DNA from: Trichosphaerium sp. ATCC 40318
Taxonomy: Eukaryota > Protista > Tubulinea
Direction of reading: 5' to 3'
DNA length: 35,573 bases
Assembly (NCBI GenBank): GCA_038496445.1
Contig: JALMLS010000046.1
Coordinates: 1-35,573 of the forward strand
A model generated the notes under the pieces. That model saw only the letters and a list, made by a program, of their open reading frames with translations, did no database searches and was not told where the DNA came from. Of the stretch, positions 1 to 12,221 are shown piece by piece (position 1 is the first letter of the stretch; every line of letters begins with the position of its first letter). Position numbers and translations under genes: made by a program.

Positions 1-3000
1 AAGAGTTCAGAGATGCAGCTGTTACTGTAAGTTTTTTTTGATTTTCCTTGACGAATATTCATTGAATTCTAGGCTCTTCAACGTACTGCTTCAAGTGCAT
101 ACCCTCAACTATTTAAGAGTATCCAACCTCTTCTTAAGAAGTTCCAGGGTGTGTATACAGCCGGCAGGCTTCGTCGTGGAAAGATCCACAATAGATTCCG
201 TCTAAGAAGTGATATTCAAATGATTTACAGCTACATTACTGAACACATTGATTCTCAGATCCTTTCTAAAGATTCTACCATTCAAATCACTATTATTGAG
301 TTTGCATCTGTGCGTATATCAATGCGTAGGAGATGTATGATTTGACATTTGTGAGTAGGAGATGGCGAGGTTTTTAACGATAAGAAATGATGATATTTCT
401 TCACAAGTTCTTTTAATGAGATTCATCTTGTTAGATCGTTAGCAAGTCGATTAGCTAAAAATAACAAACCACTGGGCAAGGTACTTCATACTCATACATT
501 TATTTTGCAGAAGAATTATACGAGTATCAAACCTAATATTGTTTTCTATTCAAAAGGCTTTGAAGCAGGAACTCTTTTCCTTACTTCGAAAATGGGCTGA
601 TGAAGAGAATTCTGGGCGTACTATGGTATGTACATACTTATAAGATTATTCTTATACCCACTTATCTTTATAGGAACGTATTATGAATCATTTACATAGC
701 AGCCCAGGAGCAAATCAGTACGATTTCTTTTTCATTTCTGTTATTTTTTTTTGTAGTTTCTTTTTGTTGTTACATTACTTTGTCACAAACTAACGTCATC
801 TAGAGTCCAACAGTTTAGTAAAATGTTCCGGGACCAACTATTGTACTTACAAATAGTTGCTTGTGATGTACGTCATTTGAATCGTGTTAATTAAACATTG
901 ACTAAATGTTAATAATGTTAGGCTATAACGGCTGTTCTTAAAGGGGAGCATTTTGAAGAAGTTAATGAAAACTCTGAAATTCTGAAGTGGTTTGGAAGAA
1001 TGCTTAAACGTACAAATGAAAAGGTAAGTATTAAGAACATATTTAGAGGAATTGAAGCTAAGAACGAGCTGGTTCCTTCTTAATGATGTTTTCTTGGATT
1101 TTTGATTTTTTTTGATTTTTTTATTCTTTAGTTTGTACAAGTTGCCAAGACTATGCTGGAGTCTTTCCTTGAGACAAATATTCAGAGTACTAAGTTTATT
1201 GGTGTCTGCTTCCATCAAATGTATTTACACTCCCAGAATAATATTGGTACGCATAAAGGAACAATAGATGCGAATTCGTGTCTTTTTATTATTACTTCTT
1301 TTTTTTCTTATTTTTTTCTTTAGGTGGTGCTTACTTTACTGCCATGGTTGAGCTATTCCCATTTACAAATAGAGATAATAATAATCAGAGTGTGTTACCG
1401 TGTACTAACGCTATGTTACTTCACTTGATCATTTTCATGGTACGCACTGAACAGAAATAACTATAAGCTATTTGTGGAATGTTTTTGACTTGCGTTGTTC
1501 TTGCTTTTTTCATGTTTCTTCGGTGTTTGAATGGAGTGACTTGCTTTTTATAACAATATATCTAGATGGGTGATAGACGATTTAAAGTTCGCAATAGCGC
1601 ATATGAGCTTCTATTGCTATTTAAGTCACAGACAGGTCTAGACGAAGAATGGAGAATAAAAAAAGATATCGCAATTGAAAGTGCTATCGAACAGACCTAT
1701 GAGCGTGCGCAAGTATGTGTCACTATTTCCCAACCTATTTAATATTAGGAACCTTTAATAACACTTCTTATAGGTTAGACTTTCAGAGCACCTTGCAAAG
1801 AGCCATGCGAAGCTTACTTTAGAAGTTCTTGGAGAAATTGCTCGATGGCTTGATATAGCTGAAAGTTTTGTCAGACAACGTCAAATGCTTCGTTATGCTG
1901 TTCCTTGGCTTGCTAATATATCATGTGCCAATATGTCTGAGGAATCTCTTGATTTTGTTATGAAGGTAACGAATGATTTGAAAAAAAGAGAACCTTCAGT
2001 TGTGTTTTCTTTTTTTTTTCTTACACGAAATAGACTCTACTTTATATTACTCAACAGTACTGTTCAAAATTCCCTGAAAAGATTGAGCAACTATGGCGTA
2101 CATTAGCAGAAAAACATGATAATATAGATCCAATCTTATCGTACTTACTTACAATGGGCATGAAGAAGGTACAGATGAGGCATCTCAACAACACTTTGTA
2201 ATTTTTTTCTACTTTGTGCTTAGCGAAACTTCGACTTTTTGCCGCTTGCAAAGCGTGTATGCATCAATTTGGCAAGGCAAAACCCTGTTTATACTGTGAG
2301 CACTTTATTTGGATATGTATCATCTCTTGGTAATGCTGCTGGATCCTCTGAGTCCAAGGATAGCTCAAAGAAGGGTAAAAGAAAAAATTCTTCAACACCA
2401 AGAAGACGAGGAGAGTTAGACCGTTCTAACCCTCACTCCTTACGGATTAGTATCCCACCACTTGTGTATGTTATCAATACCATAGTATTTATTCATTATT
2501 GCTTATACAACAATAGAGACAGCGTTAACTTGGAGGATGCTAAAGCAACTAGAAAACGGTTGAAAACAACTCAACTAAAGTTTGATAAAGTAATCACAAG
2601 ACATTCCTATGCTGGCACTAAAAATTGGGGTCTCACACGAGGTACATAATATATATATTTTGTGCAACCTAGACTTGTTTAACATGTTATAGGACATCTT
2701 ACACTCGTACTGCTTGCACATTTGTCTTATGAAGTAACAATCCAGTTTGAACAACATTTGGCTGTTGCGTTACAGATTGTATTTCTAAGTCTTGACGCAC
2801 AAGTTTCTGTTGTACATGAACATGGACGTATCCTTCTATTAAATCTTGCTCGTGTATTCTGTATACAACCACTTGAAGCAAAAGGTTAGATTGAACAAAT
2901 AGAAGAACTGAACACTGTTGTCTTACTTCATTTTTAGAGAAATTAACAAATCAAGAAGAGTTCCGTTATAAAGAAGCTATTGACCTTCAGGAAGTCCTTG

Positions 3001-5823
3001 AGGCAAAAGCAGGACACCATTTCTGGGCTTATGAGGATATATCAATTAAAGTACCTCATATTGTTAGTGCAGATCAACTTGAAGATCTTGTACAAACTGT
3101 TGTTACTATTTTTGGACGAAATAACCTTGTAAGTGATTGGGAAGTTCAAGGTATGTTTTTAACAACTGTGCATATCTATACTTTACTAACAATGTTTTTA
3201 AAGCACTTCAATGGGCTTTACATAGTTCCAATTCACATGTTGGCGCACGTTCCTTGCAGATTTACAGGCACTACAGTTTATAGTTTTTGTTTTCTTATTT
3301 TTTTCTGACATTCTTTGATTTAAGGTCACTTAAGCCACAAGTTGCTAAGGATATTACATTTGATCTTCTTGAGACACTTAAGAAGAATATTGGAGCAATA
3401 CAAGTTGCTAAACAGAACAAACAGAATTTATGTATATCTATGGAGATACTAGTAACGTTACAGTCTCTAGTTGATAACCTTGATTCTCAAAAACTTATTT
3501 TATTCCCTCAATTATTCTGGGCAACTGTTGCACTTCTTCATATTGATTATGAGCAATTATACTTTAGTATGTTATTATCAACGTCTACTATGTTTCTTAC
3601 GGGTGTTCGTTTAGGCACATTGAAGTTATTGTTGATTCTTTTGAAAAGGTTGGAATTTCACCAAGAACTTGTTCGTCAAGTACTTGAAGAGAGGGCACCT
3701 AAATGGTATCATAAGGCTTATTATATTGCTATCTTACCTTGTACCTAGGACGCCTGTGTTTATAGGCATACAACCGCTTCTTTTCAAAGGACTTTTTTCC
3801 GACTTGACTGAAGACGTTACAATCCAAGTACGTTGTATACCTCTTTGTCTTTTTGACTCTATTCCTAATTTATTCCATTATTAGTGTATTATTGAGCTTA
3901 TAGATGTACCTTCGGATGCTATTGTACAACCTCAACCAAACAGATTCGCTATCACTGTGGTACGTTCTGACTTCAAGTCAATTCAAAAACGAATCTTTTT
4001 TTTTCTCTTGCTCACTTTTTTTGAATTCAAGGTCGCGTTACTTCCGTATATCTGTCACCGTATTCTTTTGAAACGTATACCTACTGATGTAGTAAGAAGT
4101 ATTGCTCGTACATGCCATGCGCATAGCCATTCTAGACTAGGTAAAGTCTTCGAATCCCTAACAGCGAATGTACGTTTTTCACCAAACAATTGTATCAAAA
4201 AACCCGAAAGCTTATGTTGTGTAGGATCGATCACTTGCCGGATTTTTAGCTGATTTGGCTAAACCATTGTGTCAAGTATTGTTTCCATCGTATAGTTACT
4301 TTACCATGTCGTTCCTATTCGCTTTAATTAACGAAGGTACCATTTTTGTTTTGAAGAAAAAAAATAATCAACTCAGACATTGGAGTTAACACTTTTTACT
4401 AAACTGTTCATTTAGGTCCAAAGAAATATCGTAGTGCTACTATGCAAATCATAAGACAGCTTCTTATTTCTCGGTCTATATCAGATTGGCACGGATCTAG
4501 CAAATCAGGAGTCGTATGGGCCCATTTGCTTTGCAAAGAACTGTACGTTTTTTTGAAGAAATTAAACAAACAAGCTTTTAACTCTGTTCTAACCATTATC
4601 AGGTTCAATGTCGAAGGAAAAGATAACTGGGAGGCAGCAATAGATTCTTTATCATTTGCTATTATTCAAGCTCCTGTATCGTACGTCAATGAGTCATAAT
4701 TCACATTTGTATCTAACACTGCTCCTCAGGTTCCTTACTTTGAATACTGCAAAGATTGTACCTCCCAAACACCTCCATATCCAATCAAGATTCTCTGATC
4801 AACCTGGAGAAGGAACTACTGTAACATCAGCAGCAATAGCGCAAGTACTATTAGATTCAGAAGAGACAAGGGAGAGGTCATTGAAACCTTTGGATTCTAC
4901 CATTTTTGATCTTTTTGGACACGAATCCGACGAAAGTGACATGATCGAGCATAGCGGCTCTGAAGAGTCGCTTAGTGAGTATGCCACATTACGTGGTGGT
5001 ACTCTTGCTTCATGTCCTACTCTAAGCTCAAACAATATGTCGCCTGAGGGGACGTCTAATAGTGGTGAAGTTGGGACTGGTTTCGGTTTTGGAGGTGGAA
5101 CTCCTTGGGCAGAGTTCCCTGGGATTGAGTTCGATGGTACTAGAATATATTTTGTTCTTGTTAATGGGATAGTTGAACTAATACGTTCTTTAGCTCTTTT
5201 GCAAGGTATGGGAGGCGGTGATGTTGGTACAGAAGTTGATAACGATGACGACATTACTTTTGTACGTTTTTTTGTCCGAAACCAAAAACCATTTCTATTT
5301 TATGACTGTTACATACAGCAATATTCATATCATAAAAGCAATTACTGATATTCTTTGGATGTATTCCCATTTGTTATTTTGAAAAATACTCTAAACACTG
5401 CTGTTGTGAAATGGTTTTTGTTTGTTTTTTTCGGTCGTATTTTTTGTACTTATGGATGTTGTTTAGTCTGAATCTGGTGTTGAGTCAGCTAGAAAAGATT
5501 CTGTATCAAGAGAAGCTATGATGTATAAACCAGATAAAAGGGATAAATCTAAAGAAAAGAGTGATAAGAAGGAAGACAAACCTGAAAAGAAAGATAAAGT
5601 AAAATTAGAGAAAAAAGAAGAACATCATAAAGGAGATCGAAAAAATAAGCCAGAGAAGAAGGAAAAACGTGATAAACGTGATGAAAGGAAGCATCATAAT
5701 GATGATAAGAAAGAAAAGAATGATAAAAGTGAAAAACGTGATAAGCATGAAAAGCAAGAGAAAGATAAAAAAGGAGATAAGAAGGAAAAACATGAGAAAA
5801 GTGAGAAAAGGTTAACACGCTAA
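1..5823 (+). CDS. fry: Furry/Tao3/PAG1/MOR2-family cell morphogenesis scaffold, 3' part (starts before window; about 24 introns)
   Basis: Spliced exons give family-like motifs: 'LFPQLFWATVALLHIDYEQLY', 'FIGIQPLLFKGLFSDLT', 'RSLQIYRSLKP', 'MLRYAVPWLANI', 'IEQLWRTLAEKHDNIDPILSYLL', 'KRNFDFLPLAKRVCINLAR'. Ends in a K/E/D-rich tail with TAA at 5821-5823. One apparent frameshift near 420. Confidence 0.88.
5518..5820 (+). repeat. Low-complexity K/E/D/H-rich coding repeat at the Furry C-terminus
   Basis: Purine-rich last exon encoding repeated 'EKxEK/DKxDK/EKRDK' units. Confidence 0.8.
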
Positions 5824-6544
5824 GAGTAACAAAACAAACTTCTTTTATGTCTTTTTTTTTTCTTTCTTTCAATCATGTGTATGTACACACATAAATTGCT
5901 GGTGTTGTATATAATGTATATAATCAAATAAAACATTACCAGCTCTGTAATAAGTAAATACTTGTAGTTGCTTTTTGTGAACAAGGAAAAAAAGTAAAGG
6001 TTTATTTTTTTAATTTAAGTACCACAACTCAATCGTTTCATAACACATGCTGAAATCAATTATCCATTTGGTATTTCACAACATTAGTTATTTCTACTAG
6101 TACTAACAGATTTAATTGGCTTGTATTTATTGAATGTCTACAATGTCAAAAAAAAAGTCAAAAAAATGTCAAAGTGATATTGAACTGTTCACCACAAAGG
6201 GAGACTACTCGGTTATGGCGATCAGTAGACGCTTGGTTATGGCTCCTCAAACTACCCCTAAAAGGGGCTTTCTAAATAGTTCCTATGGCATAATATAGGA
6301 TAATTAGTGCTGAATTTTTGACCTTCTTTTTCTTGACAAAATTCCACATATTTGGGTTTCCGAACCACTCCTATCTAAATCTCAAGCCAAACCTTACTGA
6401 CAACTATTGTGCGGTCAACCATATGCAAACCTTGATACCCGTTCAAGTTTACCTAGGCAACTCAAAGGGTATAGTGCTCACATGGGCTTAGCTGAGATCG
6501 ATCACAAACACTGCTTATTCACGGAAATGGCTTGCTTGCGCTTC

Positions 6545-6960
6545 ACTGGATAGATCAATACAGCAGTGCTATCTACTTGTTATAAACAAAAAACAGTTTA
6601 TTTTCTAGTAAAGGAAGAATAATCTTTACAGTCTCAGTAGGACTTGAGGTAATTTATTGCTACAAGCTGTCTTAAGGTCTAGATAAAATGATTTAGAATA
6701 AACCAAGACAAGAAATGACTTGGCAGACTTGTAAGTACCTTCTAATATATCTGGTAAAGTGAAACACTATGGAAAGCACTTATCAAAAGCTTCATGTATA
6801 GGTGTGTACTAAAGCATTCTTTCTTTAAGTTTCTCAAGTAGGACTAAAAAAAAGCCTCAAACACCCTCTACTTTAAATGTTGGATATTTGTTTGGTAAAC
6901 AATTACTACACCAAAAAGTACACTTGAAAAATGCAAAATTTTTCTTGTGGTTAAGCCATG
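6545..6960 (-). pseudogene. Possible decayed coding remnant in a CpG-free block
   Basis: Minus strand reads 'LLEKLKERML*YTPIHEAFDKCFP*CFTLPDILE', with two in-frame TAG codons that could be mutated CAG. No recognisable family. Confidence 0.25.
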
Positions 6961-7012
6961 TGAAGAAAGTATGTTGTTGTATCAAATGGCGTTGTAAGTA
7001 AATACTTTTATT

Positions 7013-7924
7013 TTAATAATAATAAATATCCACTCCTGCTTCTATTAACCTGTGCTTCAACTCCGAAAATATTCCCCCAAACCAATATAAACTTGACAAA
7101 GACCCCCTTGTATAAGTACATCTACAACGTTATCATCAACATCACAGCTATCAAGAGTGATTGTATGTACACCCTTAAGTGCTTTAATGCCTTCCTCTGT
7201 CACATTGCAATTGATAAGGTCAATTTCATGTACGCCAGCAAGGTTTTTGACACCTTCATCTGTCACCTGTTTGCAACTGGAGAGGTCGACAGTATGAGCT
7301 CCAGCAAGTGCTTTTACACCCTCATCTGTAATTGCATTACAATATGACAAATCAATTTATAAACCCCTGAAAGGGCTTTGACACCTTCATCTGTCACAGC
7401 CTTGCATCTTGAAAGGTTAATTTCATGAACTCCTTTGAGCGCTTTAATACCTTCATCTGTCACCTTACTACATCTACTTAAGTTAATAGTATGTACCCCA
7501 GCAAGTACTTTAATACCCTCATCAGTCACATTTTTGCAGCCAGTAAGATCAATAAAGATAGGTTGTCTAACATTCACTATTGCTTTCAGATCACCATCAT
7601 TCAGAAGTGTATTTTTTGGTGATACACTGAGTTTACGACAGCCAGCAAGCATTGTAAATATTGTGGTACCCTCATGCGGTCTAGTTTAACTATACTATTG
7701 TTCATGATACCCTTGCACTGTCTTATCTTTAGAATATCTGTGTATCGCTTGAGATAAACATATCTGTACCCAACAATATCATGAATAATATCAGCCATAT
7801 GATGACATGATTGAGCAACAGGAAATAAATCTTTGGCATCCACATGATCAAGAATATTTGAAATGATTTCAGGAGGGAAATAAATGATATTCGTCTTCAC
7901 TTCTTCTTCTTTTTGTACTGTCAT
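7013..7924 (-). pseudogene. Intronless F-box + leucine-rich-repeat gene, giant-virus-like, broken by 2-3 single-base frameshifts (pseudogene or assembly errors)
   Basis: N-terminal F-box 'FPPEIISNILDHVDAKDLFPVAQSCHHMADII' followed by 22-aa repeats 'VTDEG(I/V)KALxGVHxI(N/D)LSxC', spread across three ORFs. A probable true C-terminus 'FSELKHRLIEAGVDIYYY*' lies in another frame. No introns. Confidence 0.8.
7190..7530 (-). repeat. 66-bp coding tandem repeat (LRR units)
   Basis: The core 'CC(T/C)TC(A/C)TC(T/A)GT' recurs at 7190, 7253, 7319, 7384, 7450 and 7516 (spacings 63, 66, 65, 66, 66). The 65-nt spacing marks the 1-nt deletion. Confidence 0.9.
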
Positions 7925-8085
7925 CAGTGTCCTTTTACTTGTTAATAATACAATGCAAGGCGTTTAACATGGCTTGTAGACACAAAGTTATGTGATGTAA
8001 AATTAAGTAGACGCATGGTGTTTTTCTTCGAAAAAGGAGATTTAAAATATTTTGTGAACACGTGATTGGTCTTGTAAAAAAATAT

Positions 8086-8385
8086 TTAAAACAAAACGAT
8101 TTTTGTTGGTTTTTGAACGTACTTGTCTTTTTGTTTACGTTTATGAGACTCGTAATCTTTTGAATCTGATGAGCGCTTGTTTGTTGTACTAACAATTGAA
8201 TCTGGTAGTTTTAACAATACTGCATCGAGTTGCTTTACAAAGCTCGTATTTATGGCATTAACAATACTTTCGACCTGTTTTATCAATGTATGGTCTTGTT
8301 TTTCCATAATTCTACGAAACGCTTCTCCATGGTACTTGCGATAGTATTCAAGACCATTTTCAATTGATACAAATGAGATACTCAT
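8086..8385 (-). CDS. Hypothetical protein or fragment
   Basis: 99-aa ATG-initiated ORF with protein-like composition ('GLEYYRKYHGEAFRRIMEKQDH'); no recognisable domain. Confidence 0.3.
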   Translation of the reverse strand: MSISFVSIENGLEYYRKYHGEAFRRIMEKQDHTLIKQVESIVNAINTSFVKQLDAVLLKLPDSIVSTTNKRSSDSKDYESHKRKQKDKYVQKPTKIVLF

Positions 8386-9011
8386 GGTTGGTATTGGTTG
8401 TAGTAGCTATTGCTTGATTTAACAGGTCAACATAAATCTCTTTCTTAGAAATCTGATTCTATTTGTCACATACTTTAAAGGACATACAAGAACCGGCACT
8501 CATGCAAAAAGGGTCAGCACATGTGGAATTGAGAACGGACAAACTTGTATCCCAAATAATACTTGTTGATGGTAAAGTCAATTCAAGTATTAGTTTTTAA
8601 TGAATTAAATAATGATGATTTGATAAAATCACGTGTTGAGGATTGCACAAGAATGGTTGAACAACATTATCATGAAAGGTGTCGTAAGGTTGCACCGCAC
8701 TCCGACAGTGTGAGGTAATACGCTTTTGGCATAGTGGTTTATAATATGCGACATGGGAAGCAACTTTGCATATTTTTAAAAACTCTTCTTTCTGGAAACT
8801 TAACAGTGGGCTTCTCATCAACTGCTGCACGCTATTTATAGCTATATAATGCTCTTAGGTATACCTAGGTAGTAGGCCTCAATTCTTTCACAACAGTGAC
8901 AAATTAGAACGAGTAAAACGGTGGTCTCAATCTGATTATTGGGTTTTTATCTTTTGTACATTTTAAGCGATGTTGCTTATTCTTTTTGTTTTGTTTATAA
9001 TATCATTCACT

Positions 9012-10791
9012 CTAAAAGGTTATTTGAACTTCATTTGGTTCGCTTGCAGCTGAACCAGAACTAGTCGTTCTTGAAAGTGCAGACAATGATGATAAATTGT
9101 CTAGCAAAATCTCGTCATAGATTGACTGAAAAACACGTGAACAGTTTCTTGTATCCAATCCATTTGTTACCTAAACACATGCCGTTATTCACAGTAGTTC
9201 GTAAATGAAGTAATATTCAAAATTGGTTGATAGTACATACGTATGTGTTTGCAATCCTAAAACCTTCAAAACGGTTGTGAATCATATTTCCAATAAATCT
9301 TATACCTTCTTCCCAATCGCTTGCGTCACCTGAAGGTGTTGTTAGTAATGAGTTTATACGTAATCATATTTTGTTAATACCTTTATACTCAGGAAAGTAA
9401 TCTGAAAGAGGTACATAAGCTGCTTTTGCTTTGTAAAGGTCGAATTTGTTCAAAAAAACGATGAAAGGTATTTCTTTATCGTTCACAAATTTAGACCCAC
9501 TCACTTCTGACAAAACGCCCAGCGACTCTTCAAGTCTATTGGTTGAATTATTTTCTGTGATTGTCATGTTATCTACAAGCAAAAAAATCACGTGAGTAAC
9601 TAACAACCGGGAAAAACAAAAAAAAAAATTGAGCTTACACTCATCCAAAGCTACCAAGTAAATTATTGCGTCAACTCCTTCAAAGCAACGAATCCATTTT
9701 CTTCTCTCCGAACGTTGCCCGCCAACGTCTACAAATTGTATTGTAACATTATTTATGCTAACATTCGTTTCTTTTACACCTACACGTGACAATTAAAACA
9801 AAACGCTGGCAGAAGAGAAAACAATAACAAGAAATCAAAAAAAACAAACTACACGTGCCAGTTGATTTCAATCGCGCTCTGAAAATATCAGCTTCTGAAG
9901 GTTCGTATGTGGTAGCGCATATCCTAGAAGCATTCTTGAACAAACTATAGATACCATCAGCGTTAATCGATAAGCTCCGTGAACTTACTAGTCGGTGCAC
10001 CACAAAAAGTGATATTTCAATTTAAAGGTTCTCCAAACTTGTTTTACTCCTGGATCTTCCCAAAATTCAGCCACTCTTGCGCCTGTCGCGTCTCCCCACT
10101 CGCGTCTTTCTTCATCGGTAAAGTACTCATAAGTCCGCTTTAAAACAAATAAATTAGAGTATTCGCGGCGTAGTAAAACAATCACGTGATGTTCAAAAAA
10201 ACAAACAGAAAAAAAAAAAAAGAATACGAGGAGACTGTCCTACCCTAGCTTTCTTTGATACTTTCACATCTTCCTTCCCAGCGCTTACATAAAGAGTCCG
10301 CACTGCGTCTATTAAATTATCCCTTTTGTAAATATTGTGTAAGTACGTATGTCGTCGCGTAACAATCACACCAAACGGGGTCTTTTCAAAAGGGTTTTTT
10401 TTAAAGAGGAGTTTTCAGAAAAACTCAATCAATCTTTCAAAAATATAATTAATCTGATATGTTTATCCTTTTACCTTACTATCCTTTTAAAAGTATTATA
10501 ATCTGCTGGTGTAAGGCAGCTATGAGTAAATTTCATTTGTTTCAGAAAAGTTGTTTTACCACTATCTCCAGCGCCTACGGAGGTGTTATTAAAGTCCGTT
10601 TAGGAGATCGGAATCATCCAAAAGTCGGTAGGACGCTCATCAAAAAAACCCCAAATTTGTGTTTTCCCGTCAGAACGCGTACCTAAGAGTAAGATCCTTA
10701 ACGTTTTATCACGCTCTTTTTTGTCCTTTCTGAGTGCTTTTGTAATAGCTATATGATTAGGGTCTGCTGGAGCTGACTTACATTGGCCCAT
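9012..10791 (-). CDS. Heterotrimeric G-protein alpha subunit
   Basis: Spliced model has MGQC start (myristoylation/palmitoylation-type), 'LRILLLGAGDSGKTTFLKQMK' (G1), 'DIFRARLKSTG' (switch I), 'DVGGQRSERRKW' (G3), 'FLNKFD' (G4) and 'TNGLD' (G5). Stop TAG at 9012-9014. Confidence 0.96.
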
Positions 10792-11933
10792 TATTATTAT
10801 GTTGCTTATTGTGTGTTTATAAAAGAAGAAAGAATCGTTTGTGGCGAAAGAGACTAACACGGAGGTTTTTTTTCTAAACTTTGCGTCGTTTTGGTTCAAA
10901 CTTAGCAGTACTGCAACTTTTTTGTACATTTTGTTTACCAAAGGTCACCACACCACGTGATCACGAAACGGTATTGTATTACCGGGGGAAAGTTATTTAA
11001 TAAAAGTGGACAAAGTTGCCGGAGAAAAATTGCCAGCTAAGTCTAGCAAAAGACACGTGCTGTTTAGTACCCAAAATGTATTAGTCCATTCCCAATTCAA
11101 TTTTGTTTTTTCAGTATTGTAATACCTTTCATACAGCTCTCGGACACTCGTGTGCTTTCATCAAGTCAACGACAGGCGCAGGTATCGATGTTCTTCAAAA
11201 AAACAGGAACTGGTATGTCATTTCTAAACTACATTTAGGGATTACTACTGGTTGTAGCAAAACTAAACAATAAACCAACTAATGCGGAGAATACTTTAGC
11301 ATTGCAGAAAGTATGGAATTAGCAACACAAACCTCCTTACATGCCAAAGTAATACCACAGTCACGTGCTTATCACCTGCTCGGTACATGGTATGGGTGAA
11401 TTTCGTTGACAAAGACTGATAGTATGCAGTAGGAATCAATCTCATTGTAAAAAACTCTAAAATTTATTGGCAATGAAGCCCTTAAAGTCGCAGTTCGGCT
11501 CACTATTGTACATTATACAGGAGTTTTAGTAAACGTTTAATGGCAATTGTGTTACTTATTTTGATCATAAAAAATCATTGTTACGCATATAGTAGTAACC
11601 GACGTTTGCCCTTTTTTTGACACTGTCAGAACTTACTGCACCGTAGTCTTTGCGTATTTGACGCTTTCTTGTGACTTCCCCTGAGTATGGTAATTGTCAT
11701 TGTACTCCATGCGGGCTATGATTAGCGATCAGGTGATTAGGTAGCAACTAAAAATGTTTGACTGTGAGCACTTGCTTACGCTTTGAATGTACTTAAAAAA
11801 CCACAATAAAACTATTATGTTGTTGCTAGATGTGTTAAAAACGAAACCTTCATGAAGGCTGTAATCGCTTATTGTTTCTGGGTAAAACACAGTTGAGCGA
11901 AATCAAATTTATGACTCCCTCACTTGCAAGGGG

Positions 11934-12218
11934 CAGCATCGCTTTTGAGACAGTTTCAGAAATTCCGAAAGTTTTGAAAAAGTTTGTTTTGAAAAAAATT
12001 GCTTTGACTGTCGGTACTTTTCCTCCGCACAGCACCAACGAATCGCAAAATGGTTTTTAAGCCTATAAGTATAGAATACTAGTTAAATGTTCATAATAAC
12101 AATTTTTGGTTAAGACGGTTCTGAGGTGAGTAAAAACGTCTCAAAGATTCTCGAAATGCCGTAAATATCAAAAATCAAAAATGTCGTAATTTTCGAAACT
12201 GTCTCAAAAGCGATGCTG
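11934..12218. mobile_element. MITE-like element A (about 285 bp, 24-bp perfect TIR)
   Basis: CAGCATCGCTTTTGAGACAGTTTC (11934-11957) is the exact reverse complement of GAAACTGTCTCAAAAGCGATGCTG (12195-12218), with imperfect extension to about 40 bp. No coding capacity; no clear TSD. Confidence 0.75.
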
Positions 12219-12221
12219 TGG

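Noticed and set aside
4799-5872. Minus-strand ORFs 4799-5254, 5549-5872 and 5605-5793
   Set aside because: Antisense shadows of low-complexity Furry exons.
6190-6300. Short hairpins and a repeated GGTTATGGC as a possible element terminus or ncRNA
   Set aside because: Stems are only 4-6 bp, and no partner end or TSD was found around the 6.2-8.9 kb block.
7190-7530. Regularly spaced repeats that could look like a CRISPR array
   Set aside because: The spacers are themselves similar and in-frame; these are coding LRR units in a eukaryote, and no cas genes are present.
8041-8090. AAATATTT motifs as giant-virus promoters upstream of the F-box-LRR gene
   Set aside because: Expected by chance in DNA this AT-rich.
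11100-11540. Possible small spliced gene upstream of the MITEs
   Set aside because: Splice-like signals exist, but no consistent reading frame or recognisable product could be assembled.
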